A DNA stretch of 63,275 nt, counting the filler, from Octopus bimaculoides (lineage: Eukaryota), in the NCBI RefSeq assembly GCF_001194135.2. It is 8 parts of 8 records of this genome, joined end to end, with 100 filler letters (N's around TTAATTAATTAA, not from the genome) between each part and the next. Parts side by side here need not be neighbours in the genome. Positions count along the whole stretch, not along the records: positions 1 to 11,211 come from NC_068996.1; positions 11,312 to 25,207 come from NC_069006.1; 6 more parts are not named here. One strand, 5' to 3'. Made by a program: the position numbers and the translations under genes. The notes under the pieces are model-generated. The model was given only the letters and a program-made list of their open reading frames with translations, made no database searches and had not been told where the DNA came from. Numbering within the stretch: position 1 is the stretch's first letter; each line of letters opens with the position of its first letter. Of the stretch, positions 1 to 11,896 are shown in pieces.

Positions 1-110
1 GGAGCCTGGTGTAACCACCTGGTTCACCAGTCCTCAGTCAAATCGTCCAACCCATGCTAGCATGAAAAGCAGACGTTAAACGATGATGATGATGATATAT
101 ATATATATAT

Positions 111-151
<41 letters not shown>

Positions 152-173
152 ATACATATAGATAGATAGATAA

Positions 174-219
<46 letters not shown>

Positions 220-274
220 TTGTATGCATATGTATGTACGCACATATATATGTATGTATGCATGTTTTTATCTA

Positions 275-500
275 TGTGTGTGTCTCTTTGTATCTGTGTT
301 TGTCCACCACCACTGCTTGACAGCTGCTGTTGGTTTGTTTGCATCTCCATAACTTCATAATTTGGCGAAATAGACTGATAGAATAAGTACCGGGTTTTAA
401 AAAAAAACGTTCTGGGGTCAATTCATTCAACTAAAACCCTTCAAGTGGATGCACCTGTATGGTTGCAGCCCAATGACTGAAGCAAGTGAAAGATAAAAGA
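275..500 (+). mobile_element. 3' half of tRNA-derived SINE family A (degenerate)
   Basis: Diverged match to the reverse complement of 1471-1680 (gatagaataagtac...ctggggtcaatt...aatgactgaagcaagt). Confidence 0.6.
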
Positions 501-514
501 CATTTTACTCATTT

Positions 515-680
515 AAAACAACGACTGATGTCAGACAAGGATGTATTCTTTCACCTAAACCTTTCAATGTCTTTCTGGAACACATAGTTATGACAGACCC
601 TGAGTCTTTTGATGGAAATTTTAAAAGTAGGAGACTGAGTAGTCTGTAATCTCTGGTCAACCGATGATAATGATTCATAA
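515..680 (+). mobile_element. RTE-type non-LTR retrotransposon reverse transcriptase fragment
   Basis: Translates TTDVRQGCILSPKPFNVFLEHIVM, resembling the GVRQGCxLSPxLFN RT motif; degenerates before the ADD motif. Confidence 0.6.
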
Positions 681-1085
681 GAACAATATGAAAAAGGACT
701 TAAGAGATCAGAGGACAAGTTCACATTGAGACTTGCAAATGAAATATCCAGAAAGATACAAATAAGGTTTGATTTAAATATTTGATGAAAGGAAATATGA
801 TTTGATGATTTGTAATTAGTAGAAAGAAGAAAAATGCTGTAATAGTTACAGAGGTTTCAGTAAAATCATTATCTGGTTTGTACTTGTATTCGGTTTGCAA
901 AGTTCTTGATGTGAACTCGTGTGTTAAAACATAGTTTAATGTATCTTGGCAGGGTCGTTATGCCAATAATAAATACATGCACTGGTTGTATTTCACTTTT
1001 TTCGTCATCACCACCACCATCACCTTTATCATCGTCGTCGTCGTCATTTAATGTCTGCCTTCCATGCTAGCAATATTTGTCAACT

Positions 1086-1348
1086 GGTCAACTATTTAAC
1101 CAACTAACTAATCGAACGTTTGATTAATCATTTGGTCAATCAATCAAGCAATCACTTAGATTTGTCAGAGTCCTTACCACGCTAGTCATGATCTCATCAA
1201 CAACATACTCTCTTCACTCTAGGTCTGCAAGTCCTTGATGTGGTTGCAAATAGCAATCAAAGGAGCCTGACAAATTTAATTAACTGATTTTTTTAGCCAA
1301 ACAATTAATCAAATTATCAATTAGTTAATTGGTTAAATGGTCAGCCCT
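1086..1348. mobile_element. Foldback/MITE-like element with ~88-bp imperfect terminal inverted repeats
   Basis: 1086-1173 (atttaaccaactaactaat...tttgattaat...atttgtcag) matches the reverse complement of 1261-1348. No coding capacity. Confidence 0.6.
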
Positions 1349-1470
1349 TTGACAAATAGAAAATAAAGAAGTGAAGTAGAACCAGTGTGTGTGTTAATTA
1401 TCAGCATAACGGACCTCCCGAAATGCAACAAAAATAAAATCTGTTTGGAAAAATAAATAAAAAATACAAA

Positions 1471-1925
1471 TACTCTTTTACTCTTTTACTTGTTTCAGTC
1501 ATTTGACTGTGGCCATGCTGGAGCACCGCCTTTAGTCGAGCAAATTGACCCCAGGACTTATTCTTTGTAAGCCTAGTATTTATTGCACCGGGTTCCTTTG
1601 CCGAACCGCTAGGTTACGGTGATGTAAACACACCAGCATCAGTTGTCAAGTGATGTTGGGGGGACAAACACACACACACAAACATATACACATACATATA
1701 TATATATATACATATATCTGATGGGCTTCTTTCAGTTTTCCGTCTACCAAATCCACTCACAAGGCTTTGGTCGGCCCGAGGCTATAGTAGAAGACACTTG
1801 CCCAAGGTGCCACGNNNNNNNNNNTATAGTAGAAGACACTTGCCCAAGGTGCCACGCAGTGGAAATGAACCCAGAACCATGTGGTTAGTAAGCAAGCTAG
1901 TTACCACACAGCCACTCCTGTGCCT
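1471..1925 (-). mobile_element. Near full-length tRNA-derived SINE, family A
   Basis: On the minus strand: A-box-like TGGCTGTGTGG, B-box-like GGTTCATTTCC, a central CA/TA microsatellite and an (AAAAGAGT)-type tail. Other copies or fragments at 4750, 7865, 11330, 13737, 19985, 21160, 51522, 54440 and 54615. Confidence 0.85.
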
Positions 1926-2109
1926 ATTCTTGTTTTTTAAAGAACAATAGTAATTTCAACTGCATTCAGTGGGTGTAAGTCATGGATATTTTATATTGGA
2001 AGGGAGGGAAAAACAATCATGGCTTTTGAATGTTTCATATTCCATATAGAGAGATCTTTGAGCTAATGAGCATCAGTAATTAAATCATTGTGATGACTTC
2101 AGAGTATGA

Positions 2110-2228
2110 AACTCTTCTGTCAGTTACTACAAGCATGAAAAGGAAGTGGTTTGGTCGTGTTGTCAAGGCAATCTACTTCTAGTGAATATGGTTGTGAGTG
2201 GACAGTACAGCATTCTAGTAAGAGAGGT

Positions 2229-2265
<37 letters not shown>

Positions 2266-2320
2266 ATAATGGAATGGTAAAGGAGGAAGATGATGGAAAA
2301 CAGAACAGGAAAAGATGGAT
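2110..2320 (+). mobile_element. RTE-type LINE C-terminal fragment interrupted by (GA)n
   Basis: Reads LLSVTTSMKRKWFGRVV and later GKQNRKRWME, similar to the KLxWFGHV...GRQRKRWxD tail of RTE ORFs. Confidence 0.45.
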
Positions 2321-2953
2321 GGAGGAAGGAGAGTGCTGCATCCCACGTGTATTTATGACCACCTTAGATCTATCATCCTATGTTATGGGATCTGAGTGAA
2401 TGATAAATCGGTAAAAGAGCCCACAGTGAGAAATAACCATGGAATCTTTCTTGAATCACATCCTATCGCCTTAAAAAAAAAAAAACGGATACATCTGATA
2501 TTAAAGTCCAGGATACACTTTGCCAACATTTCTATTTTTTATATACATTCCTCTGGTTCTGCCAATCCAATTTCGTATTTCCACTTCTGTATTGTTTGTA
2601 ATCCATGTGTTGTTCTTTCTCAGCCCTATATTCTTTGCCAGCATGGGAAGCCTCTCAGTCTTATCATTAATGGTGTGAAACTGAGTTATACCCTCTGGTT
2701 GATAACTGATGAAGAATTAGGGACCTTCTGTGTCTGTCTTCCGTCCGTTTCTGTTCTCAATATATGTTACACATTTTTTTACTTGTTGTTTCTGTATTAG
2801 CATTTTTTCATTTATTAAGTAACAGAATGCAACACATCCTGGCTTTTATTTACATACATACATACATACATAAACACATATATATATATATTCACACATA
2901 CATACATACATATACACATATGTATATATATATACACACATAGATAGATAGAC

Positions 2954-3016
<63 letters not shown>

Positions 3017-3410
3017 GGGAGAGATAGAGAGATACATATATAGATACATACATACATAAATACATTGAACACACACACACACACACATATATAGTGATGA
3101 AACATGGGTATATAACGGATAACAATGATACAGTTGACATGAGGAGGATAGGAGAGAAATGAAGAGCAGTGTTGGGGCTGCAATGGTTGGTGGAGGGAAA
3201 GAGAAAACCATAGTGCATGAAGAAGAGATGTAATTTGGTTCATTGGAGTTAGGTGTTTCATGTTCAGTTCCACTGCATGGCACCTTTGACAAGTATCTTC
3301 TACAATAGTCCTGGGCTGTCGAAAAACATGTGAGTGGATTTGACATGCAGAAACTAAAAGAAGCCTGTTGTGTGTGGGGGGGAGGGTGTATAACTGGCAC
3401 TTGTGCTAGT

Positions 3411-3735
3411 AAAAAGCACCTTTCAAGCGCTGGACCTCATGGAGGCAATGACAAATGACCAAGACATTTGGTGATATGCTGTGCTTGAGAAAAAGACCCA
3501 TGAAGCCAAGTGAAATCATAGTCATGGCAGATATTGGTATCACACAACTGACACCTGTGTCGGTGACACATAAAAAGCACCCATTACACTCTTGGAGTGT
3601 TAGAAAGGGCATCCAGCCATAGAAAACCATGCCAAATAAGACTAGAATCTGTGAAGCCCCTCAGTTTGCCAGCTCTGGTCAAACCATCCAACCCATGCCA
3701 GCACAGACAATGGACGTTAAAGGATGATGATGATG
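3411..3735 (+). mobile_element. Short interspersed repeat family D with (GAT)n tail
   Basis: Contains tagaaagggcatccagcc...ccaacccatgccagca...gacgttaaa(gat)n. The same 3' end occurs at 1-95 (+) and 9690-9860 (-). Confidence 0.65.
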
Positions 3736-3940
3736 ATTATATATATATCATTGATATTCTTTATATACCAACGTTTTATCACTCACTGCATTTCCCCTTT
3801 CTCTCCCATCTCCCCTCTTTTGCTCCTTCACAAACTCTCTGCTCGTGCACCCTTAGCAACCCTCTACCATTCCATTTATATTCACATCCTTGCACCGTGA
3901 GAGTATGCTGTGGCATATTACCACCATCTTTTTTGCTCTC

Positions 3941-4066
3941 TTGTGCTGTACATTCATTAGTGGTTCCTGGGCCAAATGCATCATTGATATCACAAGCTGT
4001 TTCAGCAGCTTTTCGGCCTGGCTTGAACTAGAATAAGAAAATTGTGCGAATCTGATTTTTGTCCAT
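3941..4066 (-). pseudogene. mariner transposase N-terminal (HTH) relic
   Basis: Translates MDKNQIRTIFLF*FKPGRKAAETACDINDAFGPGTTNECTAQ, resembling Hsmar1-type FKLGRKAAETARNINxAFGPGTANERT; contains an in-frame stop. Confidence 0.75.
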
Positions 4067-4434
4067 GTTGTATTCAATGTTCTGGGAAAAAAAAGTACCA
4101 GTGGAGTACTGGAGTCAATATAATTACTTTATCCACTCTCTAAAATTGCAGACCTTGTGCCAAAATTTGAAACCAACATTTATGTCAATATCTATTGTCC
4201 AAAGTATCTGGGATTTTCTTTTTTTTAGTGGTCGATGGGGGTTGTTTTGGGTTGTTTTTTTTTTTTACAAGATGTTAATTTGAAAACGATTTGAATATCT
4301 CGCTATTTCTAGCAGGTTAAGTTGCCATGTAGCAGTTCCATCATTGGTTCATGTCAGCATCTTATATTTTTATTTAATGGAAATATGCCAATAGCAACAA
4401 CAACATGTAAATGATAGTCTTGAGGAATACCAAC

Positions 4435-4547
4435 CTTATTGATTGCCATCCTTTGTTCAGTGGACCATGGTAATTTAACTCCGTAGCACTGTAATTCTTG
4501 TCCTGACTGGACACATGAGCCACGTGGAATGGTATCTTCTGCGGCAT
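4435..4547 (-). CDS. CEP104: First coding exon of centrosomal protein of 104 kDa (partial gene; later exons lie left of the window)
   Basis: Translates MPQKIPFHVAHVSSQDKNYSATELNYHGPLNKGWQSI(R). This aligns without gaps to the recalled human CEP104 N-terminus MPHKIGFVVVSSSGHEDGFSARELMIHAPTVSGWRSPR (17/38 identical). It ends at donor AAG|gttggt after 113 coding nt. A candidate acceptor (ccttttatacaaaacag|, AG at 4615-4614) would add a 66-nt 5' leader. Confidence 0.85.
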
Positions 4548-4749
4548 TGTAGCTGCTCTTATGAGCATAATGATTCAAAGTCTCTCAATAATTTACAGTC
4601 TTTCTTTGGTTTCCTGTTTTGTATAAAAGGTTCAGAAAGCAAAGAAATGCATTAATTAAGAGAAACAATGACAAACATACAAAATGGTTTAAAATGGTTT
4701 GGAAAGTTTCTACCAATATGTGCCACACATAAAGAAGTGAGAAATATAT

Positions 4750-5160
4750 ATTCTTTTACTCTTTTACTTGTTTCAGTCTTTTGACTGCAGCCATGCTGGA
4801 GCACCACCTTTAGTCAAGTAAATAGATCCCAGGACTTATTCTTTGTAAGCCTAGTACTTATTCTATCGGTCTCTTTTGTCGAACCGCTAAGTTACGGGGA
4901 CGTAAACATACCACCATCGGTTGACAAGTGATGGTGGGGGGACAAACACAGACACACAAACACACATACATATATATATATATACATATATATATATGAT
5001 GAGCTTCTTTCAGTTTCTGTCTACCAAATCCACTCACAAGGCTTTGGTCGGTCTGAGGCTATAATAGAAGACACTTGCCCAAGGTGCCATGCAGTGGGAA
5101 TGAACCCGGAACCATGCTGTTGGTAAGCAAGTTACTTACCACACAGCCACTCCTGCACCT
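4750..5160 (-). mobile_element. Near full-length tRNA-derived SINE, family A
   Basis: Colinear, high-identity match to 1471-1925. Confidence 0.85.
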
Positions 5161-5454
5161 ATATATATAGATGAAAAAAAATTAAAACAAAGAACAATAT
5201 GTGTTGTCCCATTTGTTTGTGTTGAATTTTGCCTTTGTTAATATTTTCTTTAGGTTATGTCGTTGTCTTTTGCTTAAGATAAAGGTTTGATTAGTTATTA
5301 TGTTTTTTAAATTTTTCACTTTGTTTTATGATTGGCAAATTTGTTTTGATGTTAAAAATGTTTTAGTGATGTGGATTGTGTGTTACTAGAAATGATATTG
5401 TATTCCTTTGATGAGTTCATCTTTTTCGTGTTGCTCTAAGACATATGGAGGACA

Positions 5455-6790
5455 CATAGAAAAGATATCTCAATGATTGTTTCCTAATTTGGATCAAATC
5501 CCTAGAAAATCTGGAAGAATTCAGCACCCTCCTCAATAATCTACATCCTAGTCTTAAATTCACAAGAGAAATGAGCAATGCACAATTACCACTTCTTGAC
5601 ATAATGGTAATTAAAAACAACACCACAATCACAACTTATATTTATTACAAAAACACAGATACACACCAGTACCTAAATTTCAAATCATTCCACCTAACAC
5701 ACACACAAAACACAACATTCCTTACTGCCTTAGTGTCTATCCAGGAAAATTTGTACTCTAGTTGATGATCCAAACACCAGATGCACACGACTTATAGAAC
5801 TCAAAGGATTTCTGCTCAAGCAAAATTACTCTCTCCTACTTATAGGAAATAGCATAGTACAAGCAAAAGAGATTCCTACAGAATAACTTAAAGACGCACG
5901 AAAAGACGAACCCATCAAAGGAACACAGTACCATTTCTAGTAACACACAATCTGCATCACCAAAACATTTTTTAAATCACCAAAACAAATTTGCCAATCA
6001 TAAAACAAAGTGAAAAATTGAAAAACATAATAACTAATCAAACACTCATCTTAAGCAAAAAGCATCGACATAACCTAAAGAAACTATTAACAAAGAGGAT
6101 AACACATTGACAGTATCCAAGTGTAATGATAACAGATGTGGAACGTGTCAATACATTCATGCGGGTAGATCCATTAGGATAAAAAAATGGACAGATTTTT
6201 GCAAATGAAAATATGAACTGCAAAATGAGAAATTTGATCTACTGCATTAAATGCCCAAGTTGTGAGGAATTATATATAGGCAAGACAGGGAATGCATTAT
6301 TGGAATGCTCACAAGTCCACAGACAACAAATACGGAACACCAATATTCGCCAAATTCCACTGAGCAAACATATAGAGACATGTAGTCAAAAAATATTTCT
6401 AATTTTTGCTTTCTACAAACTACATGACACAAGTGAAGCTGGAAGAAAGATAAAAGGAAAACGGTTTATTAGAATGTTCAAATCTGTTCTGAACGGAAAT
6501 AACAGCAATAATATAACAACCAATTAATGATGTGCATTAATGAATATAAACAAGTTACAGAATATCGGTACACCTGGCAAACCGTGATCTTTAAGAGCAT
6601 GCGGATTCATCAAAAAGATATTCTAAAAATTTAGTTGGTTGGAATGTTCTGGGAGGTACTAAAGTTGTCAAGAACTCAACTGTCAGTTAAAGACATTCGA
6701 AATCTGATGAGTACATTATGTATGAAAGCGCTAATTTTGTTAAAATACCGTAATAATAAACGCTAAACCCAGACTACATTTTAATTTTAT
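5455..6790 (+). mobile_element. Degenerate Penelope-like element: RT C-terminus, Cys-rich linker, GIY-YIG endonuclease and 3' noncoding end
   Basis: RT part: KRYLNDCFLIW...LNNLHPSLKFTRE...LPLLD...YKNTDTHQYL, with YxDD mutated to YLND. Linker: CNDNRCGTC. GIY-YIG: NLIYCIKCPSCEELYIGKTG...HRQQIR. Frameshifts and stops are present. Confidence 0.85.
6698..6739 (+). ncRNA. Minimal type I hammerhead ribozyme in the 3' end of the PLE
   Basis: Stem I CGAAAT(6698-6703)/ATTTTG(6734-6739); core CTGATGA (6704-6710); stem II GTACA/TGTAT (6711-6723); GAAA (6724-6727); palindromic AGCGCT stem III; cleavage site after TA (6732-6733). Confidence 0.8.
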
Positions 6791-6841
6791 CACAACTGAT
6801 ATACTATTCTATACACATTCACACAAATCCAAAACAATATA

Positions 6842-6915
<74 letters not shown>

Positions 6916-6918
<3 letters not shown>

Positions 6919-7042
6919 GGTATCCATAAGGTCTGTGTACATGGAGTAAATAAAATCATAACATAAACAATTAAATATAAGAAATAATAATTTCTTAAAG
7001 TATGTGTTAATCCCCATGTACCCAGACTTTGTGGACACCCTG
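6916..7042. mobile_element. 127-bp Tc1/mariner-type MITE
   Basis: 28-bp TIRs (cagggtatccataaggtctgtgtacatg / catgtacccagactttgtggacaccctg), flanked by TA inside a (TA)n tract. Confidence 0.85.
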
Positions 7043-7076
<34 letters not shown>

Positions 7077-7504
7077 TATATATATATAGGGAAGGAGAAA
7101 CAGACAGACAGAGGAGCAGAGAAAGAAACTGAAAGAAGCTTGTTATACATGCACACAGACACACACACACATACACACACACACATTCACTTACACACAC
7201 ACATTCACTTACACACACACATTCACTTACACACACACATACATGTATATGTGGTTCAAAATTGTGCAAAAAAAAATGAGACAGGGGTAGGTGAGGGAAC
7301 AAGAAACAAGCTGTATTAATTTAACAGTTCAATCAACACACCAATTCAACCACATGTTTACCAACATCCAGGAACTCTCTTAACTCAAAATGTCTTGTCA
7401 TCTTGTTAGTGACTGGCTTGAACTCACTCCAGAAGAACTTTGATAAAACTCAAGGACAAAACAAGCAAACAAACAAACATAAATACATACATACAAACAT
7501 ACAT

Positions 7505-7820
7505 ATGTACATACATTTGATTGATTGATTGTTCCTTGTCGAGCCATGCCTGGCTCATAAGGGTCAGTTTCCCGGTTTCATTGGCGTATAGGTTCCCCAC
7601 CTGGATGGGACACTTGTCCATCGCAGGTGAGCTGCTAGATGAAGGAGGAAAGAGTGAGAGAAAATTGTGGTGAAAGAGTCAGCAGAAGTTTGTCATTACC
7701 TTCTGCCGGAGCTGCTTGGAGCTTAGGTGTTTCGCTCATAAACACACACATCACCTGGGTCTGTGATTGGAACCCATGATTCCTTGACTACGAGTCCACT
7801 GCTCTAACCACTAGGCCATG
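7505..7820 (-). mobile_element. tRNA-derived SINE family C
   Basis: Diverged reverse complement of 61296-61630, with tRNA head, core cagctcacctgcgatggacaagtgtcccatccagg and (AATC)/(AAAC) tail. Confidence 0.8.
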
Positions 7821-8290
7821 TGCTTCCACTATGTACATACATACGTATGTACATGCATACATATATACATACATACACAACAGACTTCTTTCAGATTTTG
7901 TCTATCAAATCCACTCTTGTTTGGCCTAGGGTTATAGCAGAAGGCATATGCCCAAGTTGTCACACAGTGGGACACAAAACCCCAAAACTATGTGGTTGGG
8001 AAGCAAACTTCTTAAACACACAGTGCCACACTTGCACCTACCCATGTCTGTGCTTACTTTCTTCTTTCTTATAAAAATGGTTCAGTGAGAAACCAAAAGA
8101 TTACAAGGTGTTTTCTGTTTGTTTGATCCATTTCAATATAGTTAGAAGAAATTTGATATGATTATATAATCTATTCTTACTTTTGAATGTTAGTTTAGAA
8201 AAAGAAAAAAGAAAAAATTAGAAATCAATATGGCATGGAGAGTTTGTTGGGAATGTATTCTCCAGTCTTCTAGTTACAATCTTTATTTTA

Positions 8291-8900
8291 GATGACATGG
8301 TTGAACAGATAAGGTGTTGGGTTTTGTATTCAGAGATAATGAGTTCAAGTTTCATTGTGGTTGGTAGACATCTCATTGTGGTTTCTAGACAAAAACACTT
8401 TAAAAATATCTCCACTACATTCAGATGGTTATGACCTCTGTAGGTGACATGGTTGGCTGAATGCATAAAGTATTGGATTGAGCACCCAGAGGTAATGAGT
8501 TCAAGTCTCACTGTAGACATTTCATAGTGATTTCTAGACAGAATAAGAAGTTCAAATTTGACCACAGATATGGTGACATCTAGACAGAATGCTATAAACC
8601 TATTCTACATTCTATTAGCTACGACCTCTATAGGTAAAATGGTTACACGGATAAAGTATTAAGTTATGTATGGAGAGACAATGAGTTCAAACTGAACAAC
8701 AGACAGTTCATTGTTGTTTCTAGACAACACTTCATTGTTATCTCTATTGACCTTGGTTTGGATGGGAATAATATAAGAGTAATACAAAGCTTTCATAGTG
8801 ATAAAATTCTTTGATCATGTCTCAAATCCCTTTAAAAATATCTCCACTACATTCAGAATGGTTATGACCTCTGTAGGTGACATGGTTGGCTGAATGGATA
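8291..8900 (+). repeat. Decayed tandem array of about four tRNA-like units
   Basis: Units start near 8291, 8443, 8633 and 8876 (truncated). Pattern: g(g)tgacatggttggctgaatg(c/g)ataaag...aatgagttcaag...tttctagaca. 8399-8465 and 8831-8898 are almost identical. Confidence 0.65.
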
Positions 8901-9002
8901 CTTCACAGTGTTTAAAATAAATGGGTAACCATTGTGTATATATATATGTGCCTGTGTGCATATTTTTATGTTTCAATTGTACTAGGATCAATTTGTTCAA
9001 CA

Positions 9003-9061
<59 letters not shown>

Positions 9062-9365
9062 TTTTGTGTCTGGGGAGGGTCATATTGTCTTAATGCCTTA
9101 CTATCTAACACATTCACCGATTCAATTTCCATTCATGTATGATTTATATTTTCCTTCCAAAATGTTTGTTGCTTTTGCAACTTTATCAATGGATGTTGAC
9201 CCTGTTTGTTATTGGAGCTGCGTTCTTTTTTTGTCTGTTTATGTGCATGTCTGTGCATCAGCGTACATGTGTGCTTCTGTATGCACATATGTAAGCATGT
9301 ATGTAAGCATGTATGTATGTATGTATGTATGTATGTATGTGTGTATGTATGTGTGTGTATATGTC

Positions 9366-9423
<58 letters not shown>

Positions 9424-9879
9424 TACACACACACACAAACACATATACATATACACACACAATGGGGTGCTGAAAAGTTCTTGGCTATTGCAAAAGACCT
9501 GGTTGGAAGCCTAACCTTCCTAGTTTTTTTACAGGACCACTGCAATAAATGTGTGAATCTGAGAGGGAAATATGTCGAATAAAATCATAATTAACTGATC
9601 CTCCTGTATTTTCTTTTACCCAAAGCCAGGAACATTTTGGCACACTTTCATATATATATATATCATCATAATCATCATCATCATCATCATCGTTTAACAT
9701 CTGCCTTCCATGCTGGCATGGGTTAGACAGTTTGACAGGAACCAGCCAGGCAGAAGACTACACCAGACCACTGTGTCTGTTTTGGCATGGTTTTTACAGC
9801 TGTGCCCTTCCAAATGCCAACCACTTCACAGTGTGGACTGGGTAGGGTGTGGGTGTGGTAAATGCCTGGTGAATGAAAT

Positions 9880-10367
9880 GCCCCAGCCTGTATAGTGCCA
9901 ACATTGAAATTCGGCAGTGGTGGGGGTCATGGTATGGTTGTATTTCTCCTGGAGAGGGCTTGACCACTTGATGCTTTACATGAGACTGCCACAGCACAAG
10001 CTTCCACTGACATTTTAACCACCTTCATGTTGCCTACTGTCAAAGACCAGTTTGTGTCTTTCAACATGACCAGGCACCCATCCATACAGCAGGTGTTATA
10101 GGGAAGTGGTCAGATGACAACAACGTCCAGCTAATGGATTGGCCTGTACAGAGTTCTGACTTAAATTCCATCAAACATCTCTGTGATGTTTTGGAACATG
10201 GACTTTGAGCTAGATCACATTGACCCATATCAATACCCTTGCTCATTTCGGCACTCTATGAAGAATGGTCAACCATTCTGCAGGAAACCTTCCACCACCT
10301 GATTGAAAGTATGCCTGGGAGAGTAGAGGCCGTCATTAAGTCTAAGGGTAGTTCAACACAGTACTGA
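9880..10367 (+). pseudogene. Tc1 (DD34E-type) transposase relic, catalytic and C-terminal part
   Basis: Reads IVPTLKFGSGG..VW and FQHDQAPIHTA...WPVQSSDLNSIKHLC...EEWSTI...LIESMPGRVEAVIKSKGSSTQY*, with stops and frameshifts. Confidence 0.85.
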
Positions 10368-10739
10368 CTACCAGTGTTCCCAATGGAAGGTGACCATGGC
10401 TGTTTGTTGACAAATTTTTCTGCTTCGTAAGGGTAATTTACAAAAAAAATATGCGTTTAAAAAAATCACCTTATACACACATACACATATACATATATAA
10501 ATGGGAAGTGACAGACAAGAAGATGGCCAGTAAAGATGGTAGAAGGAGGCACCATCTCCTGCTGCACACCTACACGCTGCCACGGCTTCTCATCCATTGA
10601 TGTATCAACTTAGTAGAATTCAAAGACTGTGAAGTTGTTATGTGCGTACATGTAAATTCCATATCAAAGATTACATAATTTTATTTTACCAAAATAAATT
10701 TATTTTCAGATTCAATAATTTTAGATGCATAAAATTATC

Positions 10740-10961
10740 TTCACAAATTCTGCAAGTTATTGTATCTATTAAAAGCCGAGATCTGTCGATCAACTTCTTT
10801 GCAACCAACGGAACCCACGTTGAAGTGTTTTGATGTTTCTAATAAAACTTTATTTGTTTGTCAGTTTTCCAATAAGTTCTGAGGACTTGTCCTTGTTTTT
10901 CATTTTCTTTTTTCCTTCTTCTGAATCTTTCAAATTGTAAAAATAATTTATGGTCACCCTG
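10740..10961 (+). mobile_element. Probable Tc1/mariner right end
   Basis: Short frame ending NGTHVEVF*, similar to transposase C-termini (NGxHxE), followed by a TIR-like tatggtcaccctg|ta. Confidence 0.4.
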
Positions 10962-11179
10962 TATATGCGTATATTGAGTGAGAGAGAGTGTATGTGTGTG
11001 TGTTTTATTAATAATCAGCAGAAGTTACAGAGTGGTTCAAGGGCCAAGTGCATTGGCACTTATCAAACAATTATTAATAGAAAGCATATATACATAGTCA
11101 TATTTAAGTTCTATATTGACTGACTGCATCACCAAACGTACATGTATATCTGTATGTAAATACGTATGTATGTGTGTGT

Positions 11180-11211
<32 letters not shown>

Positions 11212-11255
11212 NNNNNNNNNNNNNNNNNNNNNNNNNNNNNNNNNNNNNNNNNNNN

Positions 11256-11267
11256 TTAATTAATTAA
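11256..11267. other. Artificial scaffolding spacer TTAATTAATTAA (44 N each side); also at 25251, 37456, 48080, 56411, 58582 and 61190
   Basis: The same palindromic 12-mer, with stops in all six frames, sits at the centre of seven 100-bp N blocks. Confidence 0.95.
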
Positions 11268-11730
11268 NNNNNNNNNNNNNNNNNNNNNNNNNNNNNNNNN
11301 NNNNNNNNNNNTATATATATATATATATATATATGTATCTCCTTGTAACTGTATATGTCTCCACCACCACCACCGCTTGGCCGGTGTTGGTCTGTTTACG
11401 TCTCCATAAAAGCGGTTCGGCAAAACAAAGTGATAGAATAAGTATCAGGCTTAAAATGATAACAAAAAAAATGTCCTGTGGTCGATACGTTCGTCTAAGA
11501 AAAACCTTGAATGTAGTGCCCCAGCCTGGCCGCAATCAGATAAGTAAAAGATAAAAGATAGTTAACACCCATACATGAGCGTGTGTGTATGTGAATGCAT
11601 TTAACGTTGGTTCAGTCCACTCAGCTGACAAAAATGAGTTGAATTTGTATTTCAAAAGGGCCAGCCTTGTTGCATTCTGTGTCATGCAGAATCTCCCTGG
11701 GAAACTACGTTAAGGATACGCGTGTCCGTG

Positions 11731-11896
11731 GAGTACTCGGCAACCTTTCTTCACCTGCGGCACACTTATATTCTTCTCAAAATTCGGCGGCACACAATAT
11801 ATAACAAAAAGTATAGGGAAAAATCATATTCAGGTTACACTGCGGCACAATTAGCATTGTCTCGCGGCACACGTTACTACAGTTTTTAACCCCAGG
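11731..11896. mobile_element. hAT-like MITE (degenerate)
   Basis: Left end gagtactcggcaacct resembles the hAT TIR CAGGGGTCGGCAACCT; four subterminal gcggcaca motifs; right end agtttttaaccccag(g). Confidence 0.45.

Noticed and set aside
2115-2200. YYKHEKEVVWSCCQG frame resembling an EMI domain
   Set aside because: The same bases are better explained as an RTE LINE remnant in another frame (KRKWFGRVV).
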